A stretch of DNA of 64,000 nt, from positions 17,867 through 81,866 of the forward strand of contig CAYVAJ010000003.1 of the NCBI GenBank assembly GCA_964448725.1, given 5' to 3'. A model generated the notes under the pieces. It worked only from the letters and a program-made list of their open reading frames with translations, was not told the origin of the DNA and searched no databases. This document shows positions 30,569 to 40,261 of this stretch, in pieces. Within the stretch, counting starts at the first letter, position 1. Every line of letters begins with the position of its first letter. The position numbers and the translations under genes were made by a program. The DNA comes from an uncultured Gammaproteobacteria bacterium. Lineage in GTDB: Bacteria; Patescibacteriota; Microgenomatia; Levybacterales; GWA1-39-11.

Positions 30569-31332
30569 ATGTCAGAGAGAATTCACTCAAGAGAATACGA
30601 ATTCAGTAATTATTCTGAAATGAGCGAATTGTTGCTGAATTAACTAGAAGTGAACTCCCAACAGAAATAGCTTTGGGATACCATGGTGCAAGTCTTGAAA
30701 CTCTTGATCACTTGATAAAATTTGGCAGACTTCCAGGGCGCAAGGAAAGTAATAATAATAAAAATCTCCCTCAACAAGGTGATCTATATTTTATGCCACC
30801 TGATGTAGAAGTTAGTGATCGTTATTCCAAATTTGCTTATGTAAAGGAACAAGTAGAGAAAAGATATAAAGGTATTCCTAAACATTTATGGGAAGTTTCA
30901 GATTATGCAGAGACAAATGCTTTCGAAGATTATTTAGCAATAAAATTAGGACTTGAGGTAAGGTCATTTAAGACCATGGAAATAGTTGATTATATAACGT
31001 TAGAATATTCAAGCGACAATATGCCAACTGAACCTTCTGAAATGGAGATTTTTCGTGAAATCAATAATATTATAAATAATCTTTCGCTAACTGACAACGA
31101 ATTAGTTGAATTACTAAATGAAGCTAAAAGAAGAAAAGGAGTTATATTTTCTTTTAGTAAGGAAATACAAAACGATTTTCAAGTATCTAAAGGTGATGAT
31201 GGTCAAGATCTCAGAATTCATACAGGAACAGGTCTTCCTATCTCATACATTAATGGAATACTCCCACTGGGAAGCATGGAAGAAGAATTTCTAGAAGACT
31301 TAAAACGAAAATATCACTTAAATAAAGCTTAA
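30569..31332 (+). pseudogene. Hypothetical protein, probably frameshifted near 30617-30621 (intact part 30673-31332)
   Basis: ATG 30569 frame (MSERIH...YSE) joins the open frame NERIVAEL...GYHGAS if one A is added to gaaa. Confidence 0.55.
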
Positions 31333-31478
31333 AACTTGTATTTTACAAAGCTATAGTGTAATACTTGTTCTCTCTTAATCCCTCAAAAATTTTTATTAGG
31401 TTGGGAAAAGCTGGGGTAGTACATACCCCAGCGCGAGTATCCTATACAAGAACTAACAACACGGCTTCGTTTGCCAGG

Positions 31479-31691
31479 CTATTTCTTGCTTGGATGTTTT
31501 TTTTCATTTCTGATGGATAAGAGCTCTGCACCGACTTCTGCTGGTACAAACCCCATCCACCGATACATGCGGACACTCATGAGCATTCGTTGTACACGAG
31601 GTTCACTTCGTGTCTCTCCGCATGCACATTCCTGAATAAGGAATTCTACAGTTTCTTTTTTGGTTATCCATTTATGTCTGTGGAACCTCAC
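31479..31691 (-). CDS. Small putative Zn-binding protein
   Basis: SD AAGGAG before GTG; HRHKW...CACG motif. Confidence 0.55.
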   Translation of the reverse strand: MRFHRHKWITKKETVEFLIQECACGETRSEPRVQRMLMSVRMYRWMGFVPAEVGAELLSIRNEKKHPSKK

Positions 31692-31781
31692 TGCAATCTC
31701 CTTTTTAAGGATCGTTAAATCGAGTGGACTTCACCCGAATTATGGCAATTATACCAAACATTTATTTTTCTTACCGCTCTC

Positions 31782-31810
31782 TTGCAATCTCAGCTCAAAT
31801 CTAATATAAT
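31782..31810 (+). promoter_or_regulatory. Promoter of the rplC-led operon
   Basis: TTGCAA-17 bp-TATAAT. Confidence 0.8.
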
Positions 31811-31861
31811 TACTCGTATTGTCATGAGTTTAAATCAGGCTGATTTGACTAATTGTTATGC

Positions 31862-31935
31862 GAGTTGTATTTCCTGACACTGGACTCTCCATTTGGAGAC
31901 TAGTAGGAAGCGACTCAGGGAGTCGCTTTTTTTTT
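31862..31935 (+). promoter_or_regulatory. Candidate transcription attenuator / r-protein leader
   Basis: Terminator aagcgactc-agg-gagtcgctt+T-run, competing with gagttgtatttcct...aggaagcgactc. Confidence 0.65.
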
Positions 31936-31976
31936 GGATAAATTCTCTATGACATATATAGGTAACTGTACTAACT

Positions 31977-32852
31977 ATGAACGTTACAGCATTAATAGGC
32001 ACAAAATTGGATCAAAAACAATCCTTCCTTGAGGACGGTACTCGCGTACCTGTCTCTCTCATTTCAATTGGTGAAAATATTATTACTCAAGTAAAAACTG
32101 TTGAAAAAGATGGATATACATCTATTCAGATTGGTCAAGGATCAACAACAAAGGCAAAAAATCCAATTAACGGAATGGCAAAAAAAGCGGGGTTAGAAAA
32201 GACACCCCGTTTTTTACGGGAAATTCGTGTTGATGATAACGGGGATGCTGTTGTCGGATCTAACTTAAAAGTCGAAGAGGTATTTGCTATTGGTGACATT
32301 GTAAATGTTGCTGGTACTTCAAAAGGAAAAGGATATGCAGGTGTAATGAAGCGGCATGGATTCCATGGCGGTCCAAAGACACACGGTCAATCAGATCGTC
32401 ATCGTGCTCCTGGTTCTATTGGTCAATCAGCAACACCTGGACGGGTATATAAAGGAAAACGAATGGCTGGACGTATGGGTAATGAACGCGTTACTGTGCG
32501 TAATTTATTGGTTTTGGATATTGTTGATGGGGTACTTTATGTAAAAGGGCTTATTCCTGGACCAAAAGGTACATTAATTGAGATTAAAAAAGTTGGAGAA
32601 GATAAGAAATATATTCCATTATTTAAAAAAGCGGATGAAACAGTTGCTCCTGAGGCTTCAGAGGTCACAGAAGAACCAACAGTTGAAGCTGCAACACCAG
32701 AAGCAGTAAATGAAGCCTCAGTAACAGAGGAAATAACACCAGAAACAACCCAGGAAGATATAAAAGAAGCACAAACAGATGATACAAAAACAGACGAGGT
32801 AAAAGAAGAAAAGCAACCAGAAGAACCAAAGGAAAAGGAGGAAGACAAGTAA
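31977..32852 (+). CDS. rplC: 50S ribosomal protein L3 with acidic C-terminal tail
   Basis: SKGKGYAG, HRAPGSIG, MAGRMG. Confidence 0.99.
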   Translation: MNVTALIGTKLDQKQSFLEDGTRVPVSLISIGENIITQVKTVEKDGYTSIQIGQGSTTKAKNPINGMAKKAGLEKTPRFLREIRVDDNGDAVVGSNLKVEEVFAIGDIVNVAGTSKGKGYAGVMKRHGFHGGPKTHGQSDRHRAPGSIGQSATPGRVYKGKRMAGRMGNERVTVRNLLVLDIVDGVLYVKGLIPGPKGTLIEIKKVGEDKKYIPLFKKADETVAPEASEVTEEPTVEAATPEAVNEASVTEEITPETTQEDIKEAQTDDTKTDEVKEEKQPEEPKEKEEDK

Positions 32853-32932
32853 AGATTGACGATTGACCAGTGATGAATGATGATTTAAAGCATTCAATAG
32901 GCAATAATCAATACTAAATAGTCAATAAAATT
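32842..32932 (+). repeat. Heptamer-repeat hairpin, rplC/rplD junction
   Basis: 5' arm ttgacga ttgacca gtgatga atgatga; 3' arm attcaat aggcaat aatcaat actaaat agtcaat. Confidence 0.85.
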
Positions 32933-33742
32933 ATGGCTGAAGAAGTAAAGAAAAAAACAACTAAAAAAGTAGCAGAAACGAGTAAAGAAAAAACAGTTAA
33001 AACAACAAAAGCGCCTGCTGTAAAGAAAAAAGAGAATAAAGAAGCAGAACTTCGTATTGGTGTTGTTGATGTTACTGGAAAAGCTGCAGGTACAATTGAG
33101 CTGCCGATTGAGATTTTTGGGGCAAAAGTAAATCCAATACTTATGGCACAAGCTGTTCGAGTATATCTAGCAAATCAAAGACAGGGAACAGTGCGCACAC
33201 AGACTCGTAGTGATGTGAATGCGTCTAAACGCAAAATTTATCGACAAAAAGGTACTGGTCGTGCACGTCACGGTGCGTTATCTGCACCTCTTTTTATCGG
33301 AGGAGGCACCACATTTGGTCCCAAACCTCGTGATTTTTCGCTCAAAATGTCTGCAAAAATGCGTAGAGCTGCACTTTTTAGTGCATTGACTCAAAAAGTT
33401 GCAAATAAAGAACTAGTTGTACTTGATACTGCAAATGAAATATCTGGAAAAACAAAAGAAATATTTGGGGCACTCAAAGCACTGAATATGGTAAATAAAA
33501 AAGGGAAAGGTAACAAGGTTCTTTTTGTTACAGATAATGCAGAACTTGTTAAAAAAGCAGCACGAAATATAGAGGGAGTAAACATAGTTAATGTTTCAAC
33601 GCTCACTACGTATACAGTATTAAATCATCGAAATATTTTATTAGTAAAAGGAGCAGTTGGAAAAATGGAAGAAGTATATCTTAAAAACGTTAAAAGTGAG
33701 AATTCAAAAGTCAAAAATGGAGATAAAAATACAAAAGTTTAA
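32933..33742 (+). CDS. rplD: 50S ribosomal protein L4 with Lys-rich extensions
   Basis: RQKGTGRARHG, FGPKPR. Confidence 0.99.
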   Translation: MAEEVKKKTTKKVAETSKEKTVKTTKAPAVKKKENKEAELRIGVVDVTGKAAGTIELPIEIFGAKVNPILMAQAVRVYLANQRQGTVRTQTRSDVNASKRKIYRQKGTGRARHGALSAPLFIGGGTTFGPKPRDFSLKMSAKMRRAALFSALTQKVANKELVVLDTANEISGKTKEIFGALKALNMVNKKGKGNKVLFVTDNAELVKKAARNIEGVNIVNVSTLTTYTVLNHRNILLVKGAVGKMEEVYLKNVKSENSKVKNGDKNTKV

Positions 33743-33758
33743 AAAATGAATTAAAACA

Positions 33759-34058
33759 ATGAAAACAGTACATGACATTATAAAAAAACCTATTATTAGC
33801 GAAAAATCTTTTGCAGAGGCAAGTCGTGGTCGATATACTTTTGTGGTTGATCAATTTGCAAATAAGACTGAAATTGGTCATGCAGTTGAAAAAATGTTCA
33901 ATGTAAAGGTAGTTGATGTTGCAACAAATATTGTGAAAGGATCACGGACCCGATTTACTAAAAAAGGACGTAATGAACAAAATCTTACGTATAAAAAAGC
34001 ACGTGTACAGCTTGCTAAAGATCAAAAAATAGATATTTTTGAGGAGGTAAAAGAATAA
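33759..34058 (+). CDS. rplW: 50S ribosomal protein L23
   Basis: [14 protein letters not shown]; operon position. Confidence 0.98.
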   Translation: MKTVHDIIKKPIISEKSFAEASRGRYTFVVDQFANKTEIGHAVEKMFNVKVVDVATNIVKGSRTRFTKKGRNEQNLTYKKARVQLAKDQKIDIFEEVKE

Positions 34059-34059
34059 A

Positions 34060-34803
34060 ATGAAAAAATTACATACATTATTAAAGAAACATGGTGGTCG
34101 TGATGGAAGCGGACAAGTATCAGTCAGACATCAAGGCGGACGTCATAAGCGATTTTATCGTATGATCGATTTTAAGCGAAATAAGTTTGATGTGGTTGGA
34201 ACTGTTGCTGCTATTGAATATGATCCTAATAGATCAGTGGATATTGCATTAGTACAGTATATAGATGGAGATAAACGATATATTCTCTGTCCTGTAGGAC
34301 TCAAAGTTGGAGACAAAGTAATAGCTGGTGAGAGAGTGGAAGTACGGACTGGAAATGCAATGCCATTAATGAATATGCCAGTTGGGAGTTTAATTCATAA
34401 CCTTGAATTAACACGAGGACGAGGTGGACAAATCGTTCGTGCTGCTGGAAACCAGGCAATCATCCAGTCACGGGAAGAAGATTATGTACAAGTTAAGTTG
34501 CCGAGTGGTGAGGTACGCAAGATAAACGGAAAAAATTATGCTACAATTGGCCAGCTTGGCAATGTTGAGCGAAAAGATCGCGTACTTGGAAAAGCTGGAG
34601 CAAATAGACGAATGGGAAAACGGCCAACTGTTCGTGGTGTGGCAATGAATCCTCGCTCACATCCACATGGTGGAGGAGAAGGACGATCAGGAATTGGTAT
34701 GCCATCACCAAAGACATATGCAGGAAAATTAGCAGTTGGTAAAACCCGAAGACCAAAGAAATATTCTGATAAGTATATTGTAAAGAGAAGGGGAACAAAA
34801 TAA
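34060..34803 (+). CDS. rplB: 50S ribosomal protein L2 (N-terminally short)
   Basis: [23 protein letters not shown]. Confidence 0.99.
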   Translation: MKKLHTLLKKHGGRDGSGQVSVRHQGGRHKRFYRMIDFKRNKFDVVGTVAAIEYDPNRSVDIALVQYIDGDKRYILCPVGLKVGDKVIAGERVEVRTGNAMPLMNMPVGSLIHNLELTRGRGGQIVRAAGNQAIIQSREEDYVQVKLPSGEVRKINGKNYATIGQLGNVERKDRVLGKAGANRRMGKRPTVRGVAMNPRSHPHGGGEGRSGIGMPSPKTYAGKLAVGKTRRPKKYSDKYIVKRRGTK

Positions 34804-34805
34804 TT

Positions 34806-35090
34806 ATGGCACGATCAAGTAAAAAAGGACCATTAATAGATGAACGGCTCATGAAAAAAGTGAGCGCACAAAAAGAGTCAGGAAACCGTGACGGTATTAA
34901 AACCTGGTCTCGAGCATGCCAGATTCCGCCAGAATTTGTCGGACATACCTTTTTGATACATAACGGAAAACATTTTATATCTGTTCGTATTACCGAAGGA
35001 ATGGTAGGGCATAGACTTGGTGAATTTGCACCAACACGACACTTTAAAGGTCACGGTCGTATTGTTGCTCGTGAAATAAGTAAGACATAA
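34806..35090 (+). CDS. rpsS: 30S ribosomal protein S19
   Basis: RSSKKGP, KTWSR, GEFAPTR. Confidence 0.99.
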   Translation: MARSSKKGPLIDERLMKKVSAQKESGNRDGIKTWSRACQIPPEFVGHTFLIHNGKHFISVRITEGMVGHRLGEFAPTRHFKGHGRIVAREISKT

Positions 35091-35184
35091 AGAATTATTG
35101 ATAACTTATTATTTGCATCTGACAATAATAAAGAATTGATTATAGACAATAAATAATAAGTAATAAATGATAAATAAAGAATAT
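35091..35184 (+). repeat. AT-rich heptamer array, rpsS/rplV junction
   Basis: ttattga...ttattat arm opposed to caataaa taataag taataaa tgataaa. Confidence 0.7.
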
Positions 35185-35625
35185 ATGGAATATAAAGCAG
35201 AAGCAAAAAATATTAAAATGTCACCACGCAAAGTGCGATTGGTTGCTGATAGTGTGCGAAACTTAGGGCTTGATCAGGCTATCGCAAGCTTGACAGTATT
35301 AAATAAAAGAGCAGCTGATCCATTGCGTAAAACACTGGAAAGTGCGATTGCAAATGCAATTAATAATTTTCAGGCAAGTAGAGGTGATCTGAAAATTAAA
35401 GAAATCATGGTTGGTGAAGGTATTATGTATAAACGGTATCATTTTGCTGCGCGAGGTCGTGTTCGGCCATATCTGCGTCGTACTAGTCACATTCGGGTAA
35501 TCTTGGAAGATCAAATTGAGCGAGTACCAATGACAAGTACACCTGCTCCGGTTGTCGAAGAGGCAAAAGAAGTTAAAAAAGAAACAAAAAAAACAGAGAA
35601 AAAGAAAGGAGATAAGACAAAATAA
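35185..35625 (+). CDS. rplV: 50S ribosomal protein L22
   Basis: SPRKVRLVAD, ARGR, RTSHI. Confidence 0.99.
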   Translation: MEYKAEAKNIKMSPRKVRLVADSVRNLGLDQAIASLTVLNKRAADPLRKTLESAIANAINNFQASRGDLKIKEIMVGEGIMYKRYHFAARGRVRPYLRRTSHIRVILEDQIERVPMTSTPAPVVEEAKEVKKETKKTEKKKGDKTK

Positions 35626-35705
35626 CTTTGACGAATGACTAATGACGAGTAATGAATGATCACTCAATAGTCAATAATCAATAATAAATAGTCAATAAAG
35701 AATCT
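35612..35705 (+). repeat. Heptamer-repeat hairpin, rplV/rpsC junction
   Basis: ttgacga atgacta atgacga gtaatga opposed to aatagtc aataatc aataata aatagtc. Confidence 0.85.
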
Positions 35706-36347
35706 ATGGGACAAAAAGTTAATCCAATTGCATTAAGACTTGGTATTCACCATGACTTTAAAAGCGTAGGATATTACTCGAAAAAAAATTATGCTGCGAC
35801 TGTGTTGCAGGATATTAAAATTCGTGAGATGCTCTTTTCAAAATTAAAGCAGGCAAGTATTGGTGAAGCACAGATTTTAAGAACACTTACTGGTATTAAA
35901 ATTACTATTCATGTAGTGCGCCCTGGTATAGTTATCGGACGTGGAGGACAAGGACTTGAAGAACTGAAAAAAGCAATTATTCGTGTTATGCAGGAAACAA
36001 GTAAAGAAAAAGTTTCGCCTCGTATTGAACTGAAAGTTGAGCCGATAAAAGACCCAAATCTCAATGCACATTTAGTGGCAAGTAATATTGCAGATATGTT
36101 AAATCGCCGTATGCCGCACAGACGTATTATGAAACAATCTGCAGAACGGGTTATGGCAGCAGGTGCAAAAGGTGTAAGAATTATTCTTTCAGGCCGAATT
36201 GGCGGAGCTGAAATTGGACGGAAAGAGAGAACACAAATTGGAAAAGTATCACTATCAACAATACGGGAAAATATTGACTATGCAGAGATCCCTGCATTAA
36301 CGAAAAGCGGATACGTAGGAGTAAAAGTTTGGATCAATAAAGAATAG
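35706..36347 (+). CDS. rpsC: 30S ribosomal protein S3
   Basis: MGQKVNP, RPGIVIGRGG, GVKVWI. Confidence 0.99.
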   Translation: MGQKVNPIALRLGIHHDFKSVGYYSKKNYAATVLQDIKIREMLFSKLKQASIGEAQILRTLTGIKITIHVVRPGIVIGRGGQGLEELKKAIIRVMQETSKEKVSPRIELKVEPIKDPNLNAHLVASNIADMLNRRMPHRRIMKQSAERVMAAGAKGVRIILSGRIGGAEIGRKERTQIGKVSLSTIRENIDYAEIPALTKSGYVGVKVWINKE

Positions 36348-36360
36348 GAGTAAAAACAGT

Positions 36361-36777
36361 ATGTTAATGCCAAAAAAATTAAAATATAGAAAAATATTTA
36401 AACAACGTGAAGATAAAGGTGTAGAGCAAAAAGGAATTACTATTGCTTTCGGGACATTTGGTCTTCGATCTGAGTCATCAGGACAGATTACGAGTCGACA
36501 AATAGAATCAGCAAGACGTGCAATGACACACTTTACCAAGCGTGGTGGTCGGATTTGGATTCGTATATTTCCAGCAACACCAACCACAAAAAAACCACCA
36601 GAGACTCGTATGGGTGGCGGAAAAGGTGATATTCATGAATATGTGACAAAGGTTGGTCCTGGAAGAATGCTTTTTGAAATGAGCGGTGTAAGTGAGGAAA
36701 TTGCAAAAGAAGCATTTCGTTTGGCATCTCACAAACTGCCAGTAAAAAGCAGTTTTGTAACCAGAGAAGGGAAATAA
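36361..36777 (+). CDS. rplP: 50S ribosomal protein L16
   Basis: RQIESAR, RMGGGKG. Confidence 0.99.
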   Translation: MLMPKKLKYRKIFKQREDKGVEQKGITIAFGTFGLRSESSGQITSRQIESARRAMTHFTKRGGRIWIRIFPATPTTKKPPETRMGGGKGDIHEYVTKVGPGRMLFEMSGVSEEIAKEAFRLASHKLPVKSSFVTREGK

Positions 36778-36778
36778 T

Positions 36779-37009
36779 ATGAAAACAAAAGAAGTAAAAG
36801 AACTACCAGATAAAACAGTAGTAGATTTAAAAAAAATGCTTGATGAATTGCAAATGTCTTTTGCAACTACTAAGCTTGACTTAAAGCTTGGAAGAAGTAA
36901 AAATACTGCAAAACTTAAAGAAATAAAACGAGATATTGCACGTGTTATGACCGTGCTTAATCAAAAAGAAAAGGAGGAGGCGACTAGTACAGCAGCGTCT
37001 AACATCTAG
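36779..37009 (+). CDS. rpmC: 50S ribosomal protein L29
   Basis: KRDIARVMTV; operon position. Confidence 0.97.
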   Translation: MKTKEVKELPDKTVVDLKKMLDELQMSFATTKLDLKLGRSKNTAKLKEIKRDIARVMTVLNQKEKEEATSTAASNI

Positions 37010-37037
37010 TTAGAAAGTAACTATACGCTAAAAAAAT

Positions 37038-37385
37038 ATGGCTAAAAAAATATTAACAGGAACAGTAGTTTCAGACAAAATGACAAATACCGTTGTAGTG
37101 GAAGTGGAGCGACGCATCGTGCATCCGCTCTATAAAAAACGGATTAAAATCACAAAAAAATATAGTGCTGACACAAATGGTATAGCAAGTGCAGTTGGTG
37201 ATTTTGTAAAAATTGAAGAAACAGTGCCAATGAGTAAGACAAAACATTTTAAAGTAATTGAAAAGATTGTAGAAATTACACCAGAAGGGGAAAAGACAAC
37301 GGCACAAAAAAACGAAAAATCAACTGAAGAAAAAAAGCCTGCCAAAAAGACTCGGGCAAAGAAAGGAGAAAAAGATAGCAAATAG
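37038..37385 (+). CDS. rpsQ: 30S ribosomal protein S17
   Basis: GTVVSDKM, HPLYKK, PMSKTK. Confidence 0.99.
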   Translation: MAKKILTGTVVSDKMTNTVVVEVERRIVHPLYKKRIKITKKYSADTNGIASAVGDFVKIEETVPMSKTKHFKVIEKIVEITPEGEKTTAQKNEKSTEEKKPAKKTRAKKGEKDSK

Positions 37386-37447
37386 CGGGTAGCAGGTAGC
37401 TTATAGAAGCTACAAGCCACACGCCAAAAGCTATACGCTAAAAAAAT
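37376..37447 (+). repeat. TAGC/GCTA heptamer hairpin, rpsQ/rplN junction (copy A)
   Basis: tagcaaa tagcggg tagcagg tagctt opposed to aagcta caagcca cacgcca aaagcta tacgcta. Confidence 0.9.
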
Positions 37448-37822
37448 ATGGTACAGTTACGAACAATGTTAGAATCCGCTGACAATAGTGGTGCAAAAGA
37501 ACTTATGGTTATTCAAATATATGGCGGATCACGCCGCCGATTTGGATATCTTGGTGAAACGCTTGGATGTATTGTAAAACGGGCGTTACCAAATGGTGAG
37601 TATAAAAAAGGAGATTTAGTAAAAGTAGTATTAGTACGAACAAAAAAAGAAGTCCGGCGCTCTGATGGCTCATACATTCGATTTTCAGAGAATGCTGGAG
37701 TTGTTATTAATAGTCTTGAAAATAAAGATCCTGTTGGAACACGTGTATTTGGTCCAATTGCACGCGAAGTACGAGAAAAAGGATTTACAAAAATTGCGAG
37801 TTTGGCAAAAAATGTAGTATAA
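37448..37822 (+). CDS. rplN: 50S ribosomal protein L14
   Basis: ADNSGAK, GTRVFGP. Confidence 0.99.
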   Translation: MVQLRTMLESADNSGAKELMVIQIYGGSRRRFGYLGETLGCIVKRALPNGEYKKGDLVKVVLVRTKKEVRRSDGSYIRFSENAGVVINSLENKDPVGTRVFGPIAREVREKGFTKIASLAKNVV

Positions 37823-37863
37823 GTAGCCTTGCAATGAGGCTTATAGTATAATAGTATATAGTT

Positions 37864-38169
37864 ATGAAAATAAAAAAAGGTGATTTAGTACAAGTAATGA
37901 TGGGTAAAGATAAAGGAAAGACCGGAAAGGTTGAACGAGTTTTGCCTGCCAAAAATAAAGTAGTGGTAGAAGGCCTGAATCTGTATAAAAAGCATATTAA
38001 AGGATTTGGTGGACAACAAGCATCAGAGATAAAAACTTTAGCACGGCCACTTCCGGCATCAAAAGTTGCGCTTATTGATCCTAAAACTAAAAAGCCTACT
38101 CGTGTGAGTTATAAAATTGAAAAAGACGCAAAGGTAAGAGTTGCCAAAAAATCTGGCCAAACAATATAA
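37864..38169 (+). CDS. rplX: 50S ribosomal protein L24
   Basis: KKGD.V..GKDKGK.G KOW motif. Confidence 0.99.
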   Translation: MKIKKGDLVQVMMGKDKGKTGKVERVLPAKNKVVVEGLNLYKKHIKGFGGQQASEIKTLARPLPASKVALIDPKTKKPTRVSYKIEKDAKVRVAKKSGQTI

Positions 38170-38172
38170 ATT

Positions 38173-38286
38173 ATGAAAGTACAAGCATCAGTAAAACCAC
38201 GTTGTATGAAATGCAAAATCGTACGACGAAAAGGAAAAATATTTGTAATATGTGAGAACCCTAAGCACAAACAGCGACAGGGATAG
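38173..38286 (+). CDS. rpmJ: 50S ribosomal protein L36 (Zn-ribbon type), not in the ORF track
   Basis: Translates to [37 protein letters not shown]. Confidence 0.98.
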   Translation: MKVQASVKPRCMKCKIVRRKGKIFVICENPKHKQRQG

Positions 38287-38352
38287 AAAATTAGTGACGA
38301 TTGACTATTTCAAATATTCAATCATCAAATAATAAATAAGCAATAAATTATT
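38287..38352 (+). repeat. Heptamer-repeat hairpin, rpmJ/rplE junction
   Basis: gtgacga ttgacta opposed to attcaat catcaaa taataaa taagcaa. Confidence 0.75.
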
Positions 38353-38919
38353 ATGAGTAATTATAAAAAAGCATATAACACAGAAATAGTACCAAAGCTG
38401 CAAAAACGGTTGGATATTAAAAATCCGATGGCAGTACCTAAACTGCAAAAGATTGTGGTAAATACAAGTACTCGTGAGTTTTTGCAGGACAAAAAAAATA
38501 TTGAACGGTACGCAGAAGAGTTAGTGACTATTACAGGCCAGAAGCCAAAAGTTGCAAAAGCAAAGATTTCTGTTGCAACATTTAAGCTGCGTGAAGGGGA
38601 TGATATTGGATTGGTTGTTACATTGCGTGGTAACAGGATGTATGATTTTTTTGAGAAACTTGTTAAAATAGTCCTTCCTCGAGTGAAAGATTTTGGAGGA
38701 GTAAGTCGTGAATCATTTGATGGTCATGGGAATATGACTATCGGGTTTTCAGAACAGACAGTTTTTCCAGAGATAGATCCTGGGCGAGTTGACCGTATTC
38801 GAAGTCTGCAGCTTGTGTTGGTAACGACTGCAAAAACTAACGAACAAGGACTTGCATTATTGGAAGAAATGGGAATGCCGTTTAAAAAAGTACAAAAGGA
38901 GGAAGCAAGTAGCAAATAG
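38353..38919 (+). CDS. rplE: 50S ribosomal protein L5
   Basis: ITGQKP, FKLREG, LPRVKDF. Confidence 0.99.
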   Translation: MSNYKKAYNTEIVPKLQKRLDIKNPMAVPKLQKIVVNTSTREFLQDKKNIERYAEELVTITGQKPKVAKAKISVATFKLREGDDIGLVVTLRGNRMYDFFEKLVKIVLPRVKDFGGVSRESFDGHGNMTIGFSEQTVFPEIDPGRVDRIRSLQLVLVTTAKTNEQGLALLEEMGMPFKKVQKEEASSK

Positions 38920-38980
38920 TGGGTAGCACGTAGCTTATAGAAGCTACAAGCCATTCGCCATAAGCTATACGCTAAAAATT
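38910..38980 (+). repeat. TAGC/GCTA heptamer hairpin, rplE/rpsN junction (copy B)
   Basis: About 90% identical to 37376-37447. Confidence 0.9.
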
Positions 38981-39166
38981 ATGGCTAAAAAATCTGACGT
39001 AGTAAAATTTGAAAAAAAACAAAAATATAGTACACGAGAGAAAAACAGATGTGCGATCTGTGGGCGGTCTCGTGCGTTTATTAGAATGTATGGAATGTGT
39101 AGAATCTGCTTTAGAGAGAAAGCACTGAAAGGACAGTTGCCAGGTGTGAAAAAAGCAAGCTGGTAA
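38981..39166 (+). CDS. rpsN: 30S ribosomal protein S14 (Zn type Z)
   Basis: RCAICGR, CRICFR, KASW. Confidence 0.99.
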   Translation: MAKKSDVVKFEKKQKYSTREKNRCAICGRSRAFIRMYGMCRICFREKALKGQLPGVKKASW

Positions 39167-39183
39167 GAGAAAGGAAAAATATT

Positions 39184-39576
39184 ATGACAAATTATACAAT
39201 GGGTGATTTTATGATAAGAATTAAAAATGCGTATATGGCGCATCTGCCTGTAGTTGAGGCGCCGTACTCAAAAGCATCTCTTGCATTGGCAAAGATTTTG
39301 GCTGATAACAAATTTGTAAAAAAAGTTGAGGAGAAAGAAGTTGATGGATGGAAAAAAATTGTAGTAACGTTGAGTTATAACAAAAGAAATCCAGCCTTAA
39401 ATGATGTGAAGATCATCTCAACTCCATCACTGCATATTTATGTTAAAAAACATGAGTTGCCTTCAAAAGTTCGAGAGCTTGGAATTCATATTGTTTCAAC
39501 CAGTAAAGGAATTATGTCAGATGAAGACGCTATGAAGAATGGAGTAGGAGGAAAATTACTGTTTCAAGTACAGTAA
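39184..39576 (+). CDS. rpsH: 30S ribosomal protein S8
   Basis: DFMIRIKNA, STSKGIM. Confidence 0.98.
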   Translation: MTNYTMGDFMIRIKNAYMAHLPVVEAPYSKASLALAKILADNKFVKKVEEKEVDGWKKIVVTLSYNKRNPALNDVKIISTPSLHIYVKKHELPSKVRELGIHIVSTSKGIMSDEDAMKNGVGGKLLFQVQ

Positions 39577-39640
39577 GAAAGAAGTGACGATTGAGAGATT
39601 AAATAATCAATCATCAATAATAAATAGTCAATAAAATATT
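39577..39640 (+). repeat. Heptamer-repeat hairpin, rpsH/rplF junction
   Basis: gtgacga ttgagag opposed to aataatc aatcatc aataata aatagtc. Confidence 0.8.
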
Positions 39641-40183
39641 ATGTCAAATATCGGAAAACAACCAGTAACAATTACAGCAGGAGTACAAGTCACGATTGAT
39701 GGACGAAATACAGTGATTACCGGACCAAAAGGAACGCTTGAACAGCGGATTCCTATGGGAATCACAATTGAGCAAACAGACGGACAATTAATTGTTAAAA
39801 AAGTACGTGATAGTCGTGAAGTTGAAAAATTTTATGGATTAACCAGAGCTTTGCTTGCAAATATGGTAACTGGTGTAACTGACGGTTTTACTAAACAACT
39901 AGAGTTACACGGAGTTGGTTATCGTGCAAAAGTAGAAGGACAGGATCTGGTATTAAATGTTGGATTTGCTCATCCAGTACGTATTACTCCTCCTGAGGGA
40001 GTAACTTTTACGGTTACTGATAATAATATTTATGTGTCAGGAATTAATAAAGCTCTTGTAGGCGATATTGCAAGTAAAATCCGAAAAGTTCGTCCGCCGG
40101 ATCCTTATAAATCCAAAGGAATCCGATACACAGGTGAGAAATTAAAGAAAAAAGCAGGAAAATCAGCAAAAGCTGGAAAGTAG
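39641..40183 (+). CDS. rplF: 50S ribosomal protein L6
   Basis: GPKGTL, GVGYRA, PDPYKSKG. Confidence 0.99.
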   Translation: MSNIGKQPVTITAGVQVTIDGRNTVITGPKGTLEQRIPMGITIEQTDGQLIVKKVRDSREVEKFYGLTRALLANMVTGVTDGFTKQLELHGVGYRAKVEGQDLVLNVGFAHPVRITPPEGVTFTVTDNNIYVSGINKALVGDIASKIRKVRPPDPYKSKGIRYTGEKLKKKAGKSAKAGK

Positions 40184-40191
40184 TAGAAAGG

Positions 40192-40256
40192 AAATAAGCG
40201 AAAAGTTTAAAGATAATAAAAATAATTTTACACTTTACACTTTAAGCTTTGCATTT
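40192..40256 (+). repeat. Heptamer-repeat hairpin, rplF/rplR junction
   Basis: aaataagc gaaaagt ttaaag opposed to actttac actttaa gctttgc attt. Confidence 0.75.
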
Positions 40257-40261
40257 GAAAT

